Part shown: positions 1 through 13,000 of the stretch, piece after piece
Position numbering within the stretch: the first letter of the stretch is position 1
Layout of the letters: each line of letters starts with the position of its first letter
Assembly: GCF_009914755.1 (NCBI RefSeq)
Contig: NC_060927.1
Reading direction: 5' to 3' (one strand)
DNA: 64,000 nt
Source of the DNA: the human T2T-CHM13v2.0 reference genome, Homo sapiens
Made by a program: the position numbers and the translations under genes
The notes under the pieces: generated by a model
Told to the model about the DNA's origin: nothing
Seen by the model: the letters and a program-made list of their open reading frames with translations, nothing else
The model's database searches: none

Positions 1-1091
1 CTTCGTTTGGGGGAGCCACACCCAGAGCCAGGAGCCTGACTTGCTCAGGGCCTAGGGAATGGGACCAAGAGTGATCCAGCTTCTTCTCCAGAGCTGCACC
101 CTGCACAAATCCACCCTCTCCCTATGCTTTGCCCTGGACACTTTCAGAACACATCACACTGCCTGTCATCATGCATCTCCTGCTAGGGCAGAGGGAGACC
201 GTGCACGTCACCCGGCACAATGTGACGGAAGATAAACTGTGTGGGGAAGAGAAACTGAGGCCCAACAGGAATAAAGCTGCCCCAAGACCCAGCTCCTGCC
301 TCTCTTGGTCCCACACTAGAACCACTGTTTAAATAAAGTCCTCCCCTCCCAAAGGTACTCCTGCTCCCCAACTACAGCAGGGTCCTGGGTCCTGGGTCTG
401 AGGGTTTATTGGTCAGGGCCCAGGCAGATGTCATGTGCCCCTGTTGTCCCCACGCAGGCCCACAGACGTCACAGGAGAATGATTTACAAGCCACTTGGGG
501 CCTGCTGGCAGTGAGGGTTTACCCACCCCCCGCCCCAGCTTGCTCCAGTGCCGCCGTTTACGTCATGGGTACGTGGCCTGCAGTTCACGGATCTCCAGGC
601 CCATCCTGTTGACTGCATACCCAGTGAGGCTTCGAGCCTGCCAGAGGTCAATACAGCCCAGCAGACTAAAGTCAGTTTTCCAAAAGGACTCTGGAATTCA
701 GCAAAATGAATGGAAGGTCCTTTACAGCGTACTCACTCCACCATTGTACAGATGGCAGCACTGAGGCCCGGAGAGGCTCTGGAACTTGGGAGAAAGGCTC
801 AGGCTAAGAGAAGCCAGGGACTCCTCACCCCCAGCCTGTGAGCTGCTGCAGATTAAGGGGTCATTGAAGATGGGCTAGTGGCCAAGGGAAAACCACCACA
901 TCCAGGGCCACACCCGTCACCCCTCACCCTCATCCCAGTCAGGGCAGCAGCAGCATCTTCCTGTGCAAAACAAAATGCTCATCTCCTCCAAGAGCTGCTT
1001 CTGAGGGCCTGTCCTGCCCCTTGCCTTGGGTAATGAGGGACAGGCTGGCAGTGCCCTGCTCAGCTCTTCAGTCTGTCCAGGAAAGGCCAGG
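1..1091 (-). other. ALS2CL: ALS2CL 3' UTR (may continue beyond the window start)
   Basis: Lies directly after the TAG at 1092-1094 on the minus strand. A minus-strand AATAAA is at 405-410. Confidence 0.8.
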
Positions 1092-4000
1092 CTACCAGAG
1101 CTCCCTGGAGTGCCAGTGGCCAGGTAAGCGGTGCAGCCTCATGTCTTCTTTCTGGATGTGCTCGTAACAGGACTGGAGGGAGAGAGGCAAGGCTGAGGCC
1201 AGTTGACCTGCCTGATCCCAACCACATGCACAGGATCTAGGGCTCAATAGCTGTGTGCACCCACCTCCCAACCCAGAGGAGGCGTGTCTCCAACTCAGCC
1301 CTCAGCCACAGTCTGCGAGGAAAATGGGGCCCTTCCTCTCCCACTGTGCTTGGGAATGCAGCATGGAGCAATCATGGCCCCAGGGTCCCCAGGGCTGGGA
1401 TGCACTGTGGGACCCCTCCCTGGCTCCTTTAATAAGAGCAGGATCAGGGACACTGTGAGGACCCTTCCCAGAGTCACACATGAGCTGTGAATTTGAGCTC
1501 CCTCCCACTATGGTGTTATGATGTCTGGGAAGGGAAAAGGGTCTGCCCCAGGGGCCAGGGCATTTCCACCTCGGTCCACAGCCCCTGTCCCTTACCTCCA
1601 GGGCTGTGAGCAGGAAGTCATACAGGCCTCCTGTGTGGTTGGGGTCCATCATGTCACGGATCAGGTGGATCTCGGCTCCCAGGTGCTGAATTCTGGAGAA
1701 CACCGCCCCACCAAGAGAGTGAGGGAGACAAGGAGAAGAGGCCTGTCGCGGACAGGCAGCTGGGGAAGGAGCGCTGGCCTGGATGGCTGGACACCTGGGG
1801 TGTGGTCCTCACTCTACCTCTAGCACCCCAGCACCCTGGCTGGGACCCTCCCTTTTCTGGGCCTTGGCTTCCCCATCTGTACAGAGAGAAGCTGCATCCA
1901 TAAACCCTGGGGTTCAGAGGTATCAGAAGATATCGTGGTTGGGGGTGGGACCCTGCCCCTGCCCTGCACCCCCAGCTCCTGACTGCCTCACCGGGCGCGC
2001 GACACCACGTAGATGAGAAGTGGCAGCAGGTCGTCCATGGGCAGCTTGTACTCCCGGCCCAATACCCTCGACACCGTGCCCTCAATTTCCCCGTATGTCC
2101 TCTCCAGCACCTCCAGCTTCTCCCGTGGGTCCACCGTGGTCCTGCAGCAGGGTAGCTGGCTCCAGGTCAAGGCCCTTGGTTCAGTCCCAACCAGGAGCAC
2201 CCCACACTCTGCCTCCGGACCCCCAACCCACTACGGCTCACACTCACATGATCTTCTGCAGGCACTCGGTGGCTGACAGGAAACACTTGTCCCTGACCAG
2301 GGAGTACCTCTGCATGGTGGAGGGAGTGGGCTGGATGAGGCCATGGCCCCCCAGCTCTGACATCCCCTCCTTCCCAGGGCCGGGCCTGAGTCCCCCGCCA
2401 CCCTTCCCTTCACTGCCAGCTTTAGTGCAGCCCCACCCTGAGGGCTGAGTGACCCAGGGCAAGTCACAGCTCCACTGTGGGCCTCAGTTTGTGCAACCAT
2501 AAAACGGGGTGAATAGTCTCCATGAGGTTGGGAGGATCCAAACGGATAAGAAGATAATAATCATAACAGGCACTGGCCACTGGGTGCCGCCCAGTTCTGA
2601 GTGCCTATGTCGATGGTTCTCAAACCCAAGGGCTTAGTGAAACACAGGTTCCCGGGCCCACTCCCTGCATTTCTGACTCGGTAGGTCTGAGGTGGTTCCA
2701 AGAATCTGCTTTCCTAACAGGTTCCCAGATGATCCTGATGCTTCCAGCCTGGCAGGCACATTTTGAGAACAGCTGCCTCATGTGCCCACTTCACCCTCAC
2801 AACAATTTTGAGGTGGTTCTGGCCAAGCGCAGTGGCTCACGCCTGTAATCCCACCACTTTAGGAGGCGAAGGCAAGCAGATCACCTGAGGTCAGGAGTTT
2901 GAGACCAGCCTGGCCAACATGGTGAAATCCTGTCTCTACCAAAAATACAAAAATTAGCTGGGCATGGTAGTGAGCACTTGGCAGGCGCCTGTAATCCCAG
3001 CTACTCGGGAGGCTGAGGCAGGTTAGTCACTTGAACCCGGGAGGCGGAGGTTGCAGTGAGCTGAGATCGCACCACTGCACTCTAACCTGGGCGATAAAGT
3101 GAGACTTTTTCTCAAAAAGTAAATAAATAAATAAATAAAATAAGAATTTTGAGGTTGTTCTAGTGTTGGCTCCCTTTTACTGATGAGGCAGCTGAGGCAC
3201 GGTGCACGAGCCTCTTGCACACGGTCACACAGCCAGGTAAGAACCTGTGTTTGAGCCTGGTGGTTACAGGCCAACAGCTTACCTCCACCACACTGGGAGG
3301 TCAGAATGACAGTGTCTCCTCCCAAGCCACCCTGCCCCTCCCCAGCTCCTCTGCAGCCTCCGCCCAGCAATCATGAGGCAAAGGGCTCCTCAAAGCCTGC
3401 AGGACCTCTGGGGGTCCCTGGCTTGGGGCTCTGGCCTCGCTCTCACCTGATTGCTCGTCAGCGTGAGGTCCTTGAGGGGCCACAAGTGCCTGAAATTGAA
3501 AAAGTGAGACAGGAGGCTCTGCCTCGACAAGGGGCAGAGTCTGAGGTCAGAGGGCAAATTCCCTATGCCACTGTTTCCCCCGGCAGATCTGGGTCCTGAA
3601 AAGGGGAAGGAGATCAGCCTAGGTCATGGGGAGGATGGAAGGATTCCTGGAGAAGGCAGAGCTCCAGAAGCTCCAGGGAGGTAAGGGCGGCCCAGGGGCT
3701 TGTATGAGCCAGGTCGTGGTGACCAGTAGAGAGGGAGGGGTGAGGAGACTGCACTCCATCCAGGAGGCTCTGCTGAGCCAGCACAGGGCTGTGAGCAGGG
3801 GGATGCAGCCCTCATGCAGCAGAGGTGGAGGCTGGTGTGGGGAAGCGACACTGAGGTGGTGAGGGAGGCGGGGCATGCTTGGGAAGCACTGGCAGCCAGG
3901 TCTTTAGGCTGGTGGCTGGTCAGATGCAGGACACAGTCACCAAGATAGAGGAAGAAACAGGGATTTGCAGGGTGGGTGGGAAGCACCATCCCTGTGTAAC

Positions 4001-7000
4001 AAAGGAGACCTGGATGTGGGAGCAGAGACAGTGCCCGTGCCCTCTACTGTGGACAGTGGGGTCACTTGTGGCATCAATGGATAGATGGGACACTGAAGAG
4101 AAAGGACATTTTGGAGACTGAGGGTGGAAGGGAGGCCCTGGGGTGTGGTAAACACCTCCCGACATGCACCCAGAGCAGTCCTCAGTCTCCCCTGAGGGAC
4201 CTCCTCTCCCCTACTCTCAGCCCAAGTGCTCAGAGCAGGTGATCTTGCCCCAGCCTCAGCAGTGGATATTCAGGCAGGCCTGGTCAATCACGGCTGGCAC
4301 TCAGGGGTGGGCTCAAGACCCAAGCCCCAAGCCGAGCCAGTGAGGGACTTCAGGGGCTCTGAGGGAGCTGTTGGAAGGCAATGCCAGCTCCTGTGGGGAC
4401 TCTGGGAGAGGAGCTGGGAGGGTATGAACCTTGAGCGGTTGGTGCTTATGGTGTTTGTCACCACAAGGGGGAGGCTGAGAAAGACCAACAGAAATGGAAG
4501 GTGCTTCCCTCTGTCATTCAGTTGAACACCTAGATCCAGCCACACCTGAATGCATAAGCTTAGAACTTGGTGGGTACATGAACCTATCAACCCCAGCCCC
4601 ACCTTTTGGCTGAAGACAGTCTGAGTCGAGTTTGAGTCCTGGCTAACACGGCACGGGGGAAGGGAAGGCTTACTTCTGCACATCCAGGAACTCGAGCAGT
4701 TGGGTATCAGGAAAGAGGCTCAAGTTGGCAATGCCCTGGCTGTAGAAGCTGTCCTCCCGCTCATGAAGCAGCAGGTAGAGCGTGAAGAGCTCTGAGTAGA
4801 AGCTGGGCAGCATGAGGGGCAGCACCAATCCATGCACCTGGAGGTCCCTGATGGGGAGACCGGAACAGGTTGGGATGAGCAAGGTGGGGTCTGGGATTAC
4901 TACTTGGAGTCTCGTCTCAAAGAGCTCCTAGTTCCACAACAAACAGTGTCCTGGCCTCCAGCCTCCTCCTCCCCAGAAAACCTTTTCCAAGCCTGTTCTC
5001 AGTCATCATTTGCCCAATTCAATTCATAACTTCATTCCCTCCTTTGACTTTGACAACCAAGATGGCAGGTGGGGCAGGAGTTGGATCCCCATTTGACTGA
5101 AAGCAAAACCAGGGCCCCAGATGGACCAGCAACTTGCAGCCGAGCTCTCAGCAGCCATTCCAGGCTGATTCAGTTCCACCTCCTGGTTTGCTGTGCTAGG
5201 ACTCCGGGCGGGGAGTCCTCCCTAATGTCTAACCCCATTTCCCTTGCCTCCTGCAAGGCAGTGACAGGAAGGCCTCTCTGATCAGGAACACTTTCAGGTC
5301 TAGAATCTAAAGGCAAATTGTAAGGTTTGCTCCAGGGACTGGGGGAAACAAATTTCATGCCCACCTAACTCCTGTATAACCTCAGGCTCATCCCTACCAG
5401 CCCTCGGTTTCCCCATCTGTGTGCAGGGAGAGGAGGGTGCCTCGGGGAGCTACTCACCTTCTGCATGCGAAAGATGAGATTGGGATCATACATTTAGAAC
5501 AAAGATGCATTCAATGCATTGTAGCAGTGCCCCCTCCCTGGTTCCTCACAGAACAGAGGTCATGGGTCATTCTAATCCACAAACGATCAATGCACAATGT
5601 TTGGTCAATAGAGTGAATGCCCAGCACTTCCCCAGAAGCACCTCTTTCCCCAAGGGAGGTCCTAGGAGCAGACGCATGAGGCGTCCCTGGACACGGCAGG
5701 CCCCAAGGAGACCTGCGCCAGTCACCTTGTCTCTGTGTCTTCATCCTCCTCCAGGGCCTGGCCCTTGCGCTCTAAGGCAACTCGCAGCAGACCCCTGTGA
5801 GTCAATGAGAGAGAAATGGTGTGGCTGCCCCTTGCCACAGAACTGGAGTTCTACCACCAGTCAACAAAGGCAAAAGCAGGTGGCCTCTCAGAACTGTGGA
5901 CATGGCCTGCAGGGTTCATCCTCTCAAACCACAGAAGTTAGAAGGTTGGAGCTCCAGGATGTTAGCCTGAGAATCCAGCAGCAGAAGGAACTATAGCATC
6001 TAAGGCTTCTATTTGCAGTGTTTCATGGGGTCACAGCCCAGCCTGGGACTGCAGGTGTGTTCCGAGTCCAGGGCCAAGCTCAGCCTACAGTGGGGTGAGA
6101 GTGCACCTGGGGTCAGAGTCAGCCCAGCGCCTGGTTGGGTCTTGGACTCTAGCTGAGGGCTGCAGCTGGGCCTTTGCTCTCACCTCCCCACCCTCTAACC
6201 CTTTTGCTCAGCAGCTGCACACTGACCAAGCCTCTGGTTCATTGTTGAATCAGACACTTGGCATTCCTCCCAAATGCAAGGCAGAACTGATGCCTGGAAA
6301 GGGCACACTAGTGTCACAGGGCAGTAGCTGTCCCGTTTGCCACCGAGCCCACCTGTAGGCAGCCCAGAGTTCCTGGGCATGCTGCTTCACCTCCTCCTGG
6401 GCCAGCTCCTGCAGGTGCTTGTTGGCCCCGACACCTGCGTAGGTAGCCTGGAAGGTCAGCATCAGTGTCCGGAGCAGCTTTCCCAGGGGGTGCAGTGAGT
6501 TGCTCAGAGCCTGGGCCAGTGCATAGGCAACAGAGAGAGACTAAGCACCGGGGTCTGGAGCACAGCATGCCCACGCCAGCCTCCCAACACTTCTCCCATC
6601 TCATACACGAGAACACTGAGGTCCTCTGAGGACAAGGGATCCACAGGCCTGTCCCCTTCAGTCAGCACCCTGCTATGAAAAATGGGAGCCCTTCCCCACC
6701 AGGGACAGTGACAATGTCACCCCCTTGGCCACCCCAGCAGGGCTCTCACCTTCCTGAGGTACAGCTGCAGGGCCTTGGGCTCCCGGTGCTGCAGCAGCTC
6801 CTCCAGGATGTCTTCCATACTGCCCACACTGTCCTCAGGGTGGGTCCTGGGCACCACACACAGCATCCCTCACCCACACCTCGGCCCAGCCCCCTCCCCC
6901 CAGGAAGCCCTCCCCGGCCCACCCTAACCTGTGCATGCTCACACAGCCGGCCTCACCTCTCGCAGGACAGGTAATCCTGAGACCTACGCAGCTCCCTGGA

Positions 7001-10000
7001 GCTCTGCACGTCGAAGCCCAGCAGGGCCTCCTGCAGGTCCCTGGGGCAGCCAGCACACACAAAGTCCCGGAAGGGGCTGTAGACTCCCTGCCAGCGGCTT
7101 TCCACGGGGAAGGCACCCACGCCCAGCTGCCTGCGATGGGGATGGAGGGTGGGTGATGGGGCAGAGAGAGATGGAGCTGAGGTAGGCAGGACTCTGCCCA
7201 GGCCCTTGGAGGGGTGGGGGTATGAGCCTGGCCCAGGATCAAGCCCCAAGAAGGGTGGATGGATTGAACCATGCAGAGGGGGCTGACCTCCACGGCTCCA
7301 GGAGGAAGAGCAGCAGAGAAAGGGACAGAGAATCTACCCTGCGACGAGAAGACAGACAGAAGCATATGGAATCCTGGAAAGACGGAGACAGAAAGGTGGG
7401 CAGATCTGGAGGCCAAGCCAGAGAGGGGGTCTTGGTCCAAGAGAGACCAGTGTCCAAAGTCTGGGATTCCCCTCCAAGACATCCCCCTCTGCCCTCCCTT
7501 ACAGCTGGTTCCTTCCTGTGGTTGATCCCGCCCTGGCCAACAGGCTGGGGCCTGGCTGCGCATGTCTAATGGAGCCCTGCACTCCAGTGTCATGCTCGTA
7601 GGCTACACGCAGCCCACACTCACACCCGGGCTGGGGCCTGCCCCTAGGGATTGCTGTCCACTCCCAGCTCCTGCTGTCAGGGAGAAGCAGCATGCAGGGA
7701 CAGCGGGCCAAGTAGTCAACTGTACTCCCTCCCTACATCTGAAATGCTGCCTGGGACCACTTCCCATTAGAACTGCCACCCACACAGATTCCTTCCTCTG
7801 TGCAATACTGAGTCTTCCTCAACAGACGCAACAAGAGCAACTGTTTTCCAAGGAGGAACTCTGTTCCTACAGGAAAAGAAGTCTATCCTTCTCTGGAATA
7901 CTCCTTGATAATGACTGTGATTCCACTTAGCAAGTTTCCTTCTTTACCTTGGCTGCCAGGAAACTCAGAGCCAGGCTCAATGATCAGTTGTAAATGCCGT
8001 AGGACATGTCTACATATCCCTTTCTTTTAAGGTTAACATATGCTCTTATTTTCTATTTTTTTTTTCCTGTATGTTTGGTTTGTAAACCGTATTGTATCCT
8101 TTCAAGACAAAAAAAAAAAAAAAAGCAGGACCTAAGCAAAGCCTACAAATAATATTTCTCTCCAGTTTTGTGGTGTACCGCATTATATCCACACAGCCCC
8201 TGATCCCAAGAGTCTCTGACTGGAGTTGTACACCCTGGGCTCTCGGAACTCTCTAGAGGGCTAAGAGGTGGGTGCAAAAAGGCCCCTCTGAGGAGACCTG
8301 AGTCTTTGGGATGGAAACACAGACACATCCCCAGATAGGCCCAGAGCCAGAGGGGCCAGGCACTCACCTCTTGCAGGTACTGCTCGGGTCTGGTGGGAGG
8401 GCAGCCGTGTCCAGCACACCCTGTGTGTGCAGTCCTCTCCCTGCCCCACTGCCGAACGAGCCCTCCAGGGTGAAGCCATTGGGGAAGGTGACCTTGCCCT
8501 GGGAGCCAGGAGAAGGAGCAGGGATGTCTGTCTGCCCAGTTACCCTTCCAGCCAATCATGACAGGCCACAAGCCTGTCCATCAGTGTCAGAGAGGCTAAG
8601 GACTAATGAATGGGCTTCCCGCCATCCATTCAAGCTGCTCCATGCTGAGGGGTTCATAATCCTCTATGCCTGCCAGAGCCCCCCACCAACAGCTGTGCCC
8701 ACGTCTCAGGGGCTCGCTCACCTCTGAGGTAGGAAGAGGAGAGAGATGCAGAAGGGACTCACAGGCAAGAGTGGGGAGACCACCACTGAGGGGCTGGGGT
8801 GGGGGTAAGCCCAGGGACAGGCAACGCCTGAGGAGGGCGGTGTCTTGCCACATGAGGCTGTCCCATTCATAGCAACCTGATCTCCACCCCTTTGCTCCAG
8901 TCATTATGAAACCAAAACAGCCCCTACATTTCCAAAGGCTCCAGCGGGGACACATTGCCTTTTCCTGGGTTAGCTCAGGGAGGCACACACTGAAGGCCAG
9001 TGCCTCCAGGGACAGCTGCTCGAGGCACTGGTACTGGTGGAGGGCGTGTATTCTGAACTAGGAGGGTATGGAGGGACACAGCCAGGAGACCACCGGTACC
9101 CTCTGGATAGCAGGCAAGGCCACTGGTCCCCTCTCACCTCACTCCAGAATCAATCGCAACTCTGTGGCAGGGTGGAGTTGCTGTGCCCACTCCTTGGCTC
9201 CAAGGGAGGTGGGACAGGCCCTCCCCTACCTGCCCCCAGCCCTGAGTCTAAGTGGGGAGATTACAGACACCAACCAAGGCCTTGGCAGGGTGTGGAGGGG
9301 GGCCTCAGTGGTCCTCACCTTCCCCATGAGGGTCAGGTCCCTGGTGAAGGTGCCCTCATACAGGGAGTCGTCTTCAGAGAGGAGGATGCCCGGGCCCTTG
9401 GGGAGAGGAAGCCAGGGAGGGTAGAAAGGGTGGGTGAGGAAGGGCCAGGAAACTCAGGGTGGAGAGAGATGGCCAAAGAAGGGAGATGTGCCCTGACACA
9501 TGGCGAGAGGGGCCCTGAGCCTCATCACGCCCCACAGGACTGTACCTAATTGGGACTCTAGCCTTTGGCCTGCTAAGCACCAGCCCCGAGGACCCCATCC
9601 CTGGATTTCCCCAAATGACACCCTCCGCCCTGGCTCCTCACCCCAGTGGCTTCTTCAGGAAGCCCTTGGGAGCTCAAGAAATGTGGGGCTTTCTCTGAAA
9701 CATCCCTGCTTCCCTGCTTGTCACTGGCCCTGGGAACGGCAGAGCTGACCAGGCTCCCTTGCCCCATGGGCTGCCGGGAAGCTCAGAGCCGAAAGGGTTA
9801 CAATTAGTGTTCGGCTTATTTCCAAATCTGTTTTGTGTACTTATTCTTCCCCTTGTCTTCCTCTTTCCTTGAAGGCCTCCTTCAATCCTTTCGAGAATGA
9901 AGTAGAGCATAAACAAACCAACAGACCATAATAACAAGAACAGCCATCAGGCCAGAGCCCCACATTCCCCAGGCACCTGGAAGGGTATGGGTGAGGCAAA

Positions 10001-13000
10001 CATGGGAGTCCCAGGCTCGGCGGCCAGGCTCAGCAGACCAGGGTGTGAGTGTCAGCTCTGCCACTCAGTGAAGGTGACATGGAGCAGGTCCTCTGATCCC
10101 TCTGAACCTCTCATTTGTCATTCACTAGGGACACACTGGGGATAATAATGACATCAACCTGCAGGGCTCTTGGGAAGATCCCACAAGATCAGGGTGGGAG
10201 CTTAGCCCAGAGCCAGGTGTCAAGTTAGGACTCTGTGAATGTCAGCTAATGCATCATCATGAGCAAGTGCTCCATTCTTGCTAGTTCATTGAGTCTATGG
10301 TAAGTATTCTTAACCTGAGTTGCTGATGGGGAAACCAAGGTCAGGCAGAGCAGGGATTGGCCAGGGCCAGGGGAGGTGGGTGGTAGAGCTGGCTTCCTGC
10401 CCAGGTTCTGGCTCCCTCCAGCACCCAGGAACACAGCCCCCTTTCCCATCCCTCCCTGAAAGGCCTCAGCTCAGCCTCAGTGCCCCCAGCGGGAGTGGGG
10501 TGCAAAGAGAGGGATAGCCCAGGATACACTCCACTCACCACCGTCTTGTCCGCCTGGAAGGTGCCCTGGTAGCAGACACCTGCCTGGGTGACCATGACCC
10601 CTGGGCCGTGGCGCTGACCAGCCTGCCACATGCCAATGTAGCGCTCACCTCTGGAAGGAGAGGAATGTGGCCAGAGTTGGATCAGACTCATTCCCATGTA
10701 CCTCCTGGGCACTCTGCTGGCACGGGGCGGCAGGGAGTGCAGATAAGGGGCAGTGACATCACCTGAATCCACTCAACAGACACAGTGCCAGAGAGGTCAG
10801 GACCCCCAAGAGGAATAGAGAATGGAGGAGGGAGGGAGGCAGCCTGGGAAGGGCATCTGGGAGGCTTCTCCGTGGAGGTGGCAGGAAGGACAGGGGGAAT
10901 AGGAGTGTGTGCAAAGCCATGGAGGTAGGAGCATGTGATGGATACGTGGGGACTTCAGTGGTCCAGAAAGGCTGGAGGGGTGCCCAGGAGACGCAGCTGG
11001 GGTGAGGTCAGAGAAGCAGGCGAGGCTGTGATTGCCAGGCCAAGGATCCAGGGCTTTATCACACAGCCCAGAGAGCCAGCAAGGGCTGCAGTTTTTAGAC
11101 GTGACAGAGCAGGGGGTCAGAAATGCCTCTCCAACACCATGAGGAGGGGTGAGGGGCGGGGGCGACCCTGCAGTCAGCGTGACCAAGATTCGCTCAGCCT
11201 GAGCCTCCGCAGCAACCGAGGGACTGGAGGGGAAGTGAGGGGCTTAAGAGAGACACAGTGGGGGACAAACAGGAGCCTGTGTCCTGCAACAATCTGGTCT
11301 GTGAGGGCCCTGTCCACCCCTCCGTCCTGGGAGTGGTGGCTGCAGGGCGCTCACCTGTCACCATCCTCCTCAATGCCATAGCCGCTCCTCTGGCCCCTCT
11401 CCCAGTGGCCCGTGTACCTGAAGGGCTGGGGGGCCTGCGGACCACTCTCAAGGACCCCAAATCCGTGCCGCAGGCCCTCCTGGAAGTAGCCCTTGTACAC
11501 CTCGTCGGTGCTGTACCTGGGGAGGGCCATCAACAACGAGCTCTGCCTCATGGAGCTCAGCCCAGAGGATGGGCCCAGCCCATGAACCCCCCAGCCAGGG
11601 TCACTTACTCACAGATGCCGTAGCCACACATGCTGCCTTCTCGCCAGTGACACTTGTAACAGTCGAACTTGTCCTCAGAGGCCTGGGGCAGCAGGCGGAT
11701 GCCGAAGCTGACAGCATGGTTGTGGGGGTGGGGATCAGCCCTGACCTGAGACGCCCATTACACCTACTCCATGCCACCCAGGAGTATCCCTGCCCCCAAG
11801 GAGCCTTCCAGACAACAGGGAGACTCTCAGAGGCCCTCAGCCTTCCTATCCTTCAAAGGGCCCCTCTCAGGACCCCTCCCTCCAGCCTGGTCCCGAGCAC
11901 CTTGGAGCACCTTTTGGCCTGTACCACTCCCTCTGTGACCTCGAGCTGAGACGGGCCCCCTATTCAGGCCCCCGGTTCCCCTTTGGTACAGTGGGCGGGG
12001 GCTGGACCGGATTGTCTCTAAGTTCCTGCTTGAGGTTTGGGAATTCAGGATGGGGCCGGGCTGGTGACCACAGCAGGGGAGGAAAGCACCCTTCAGCCCA
12101 CTGCACGCCTCCCAGCAGTAGCCCCAGCCAGCCTTACCCATGCTCCAGGCCCTGGCAGAAATTCCCCACATGATTCCGCCCATCCGGCCATTTCAGGGTT
12201 CCCCTGGAACACAGTGGAGGTTCACGAGCCTCAGGCCTACCCACCCCTCAGCAACCTCAGCCACCTACTTTCTCAGACGCCTTCCCTTCCTCTTCCCTTG
12301 GACTGGGCTCCCTGCACCCACCCAGCCCTCTTGTCTGAGCTCCGAACATTCCTTGCAGAAAGCCCCTTTAGCCCTTTTCTACTCCTGGCCCAACTGTACC
12401 AGCAGCCTCATGGGGCACACTCACCACATCCCATAAGGAAAGCCCTGGAGACATCTAGGTTCCCTTTTTTCCCTTGACCAACAGGAAGCTCAGAGCTAAG
12501 AATCAAGCTCAAGTTTAATGCTGGTCTGTGGGGTTTCTACCACCCTCCTCCCCACTTCTGTGTTTTTTCTGTCCTTTTGTTCATAAGTCTTCTCGAGCCC
12601 TTTCTGAAAGGAGGCAGGGTATCAGAAACTAGCGGAGGTGCTTGAGAGTGTAGCCTTGTGAGTCCCTTCTGCTCTCTGGGTCTGTTTTCCCAGCTGTGGC
12701 ATGGGGTGGGGCCACATGGTCTATAAAGGCTTGCCTGTCTGTGGGGTCACACAGACCTGTGATTGAGGCCGGCTCACCCTATCACTTGCCCTGAGACCTT
12801 GGGCAGGTTATGCCCATCACTAGGCCTCAGTGTTTGTACCTATGAAATGGGTAAAAGCACTCCATACAGAGCGTCTTCATGAGGACCGATGGAGATAGAA
12901 TGTGTGCAAGCCATTTCAACACTGCCAGACAATGAGGTACAGATGTGAGAATTATTCTCCCACCCTCCTAAGAATGGAATGGCACCTGCAGGCTGTAAGG

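Noticed and set aside
5525-5541. CCAGGGAGGGGGC(A/G)CTG near-identical inverted copy at 23158, CTCF-like
   Set aside because: The 5' half deviates from the CTCF core at several positions and a G-rich 17-mer match is weak evidence; needs ChIP data.
6835-7593. 252-aa minus-strand ORF
   Set aside because: Out-of-frame overlap of a real ALS2CL exon plus intron sequence.
9780-9920. AT-rich patches in ALS2CL introns (also ~7980-8160 and ~12540-12630)
   Set aside because: Look like ancient LINE-type 3'-end remnants. Family cannot be assigned by eye and there is no sign of ncRNA structure.
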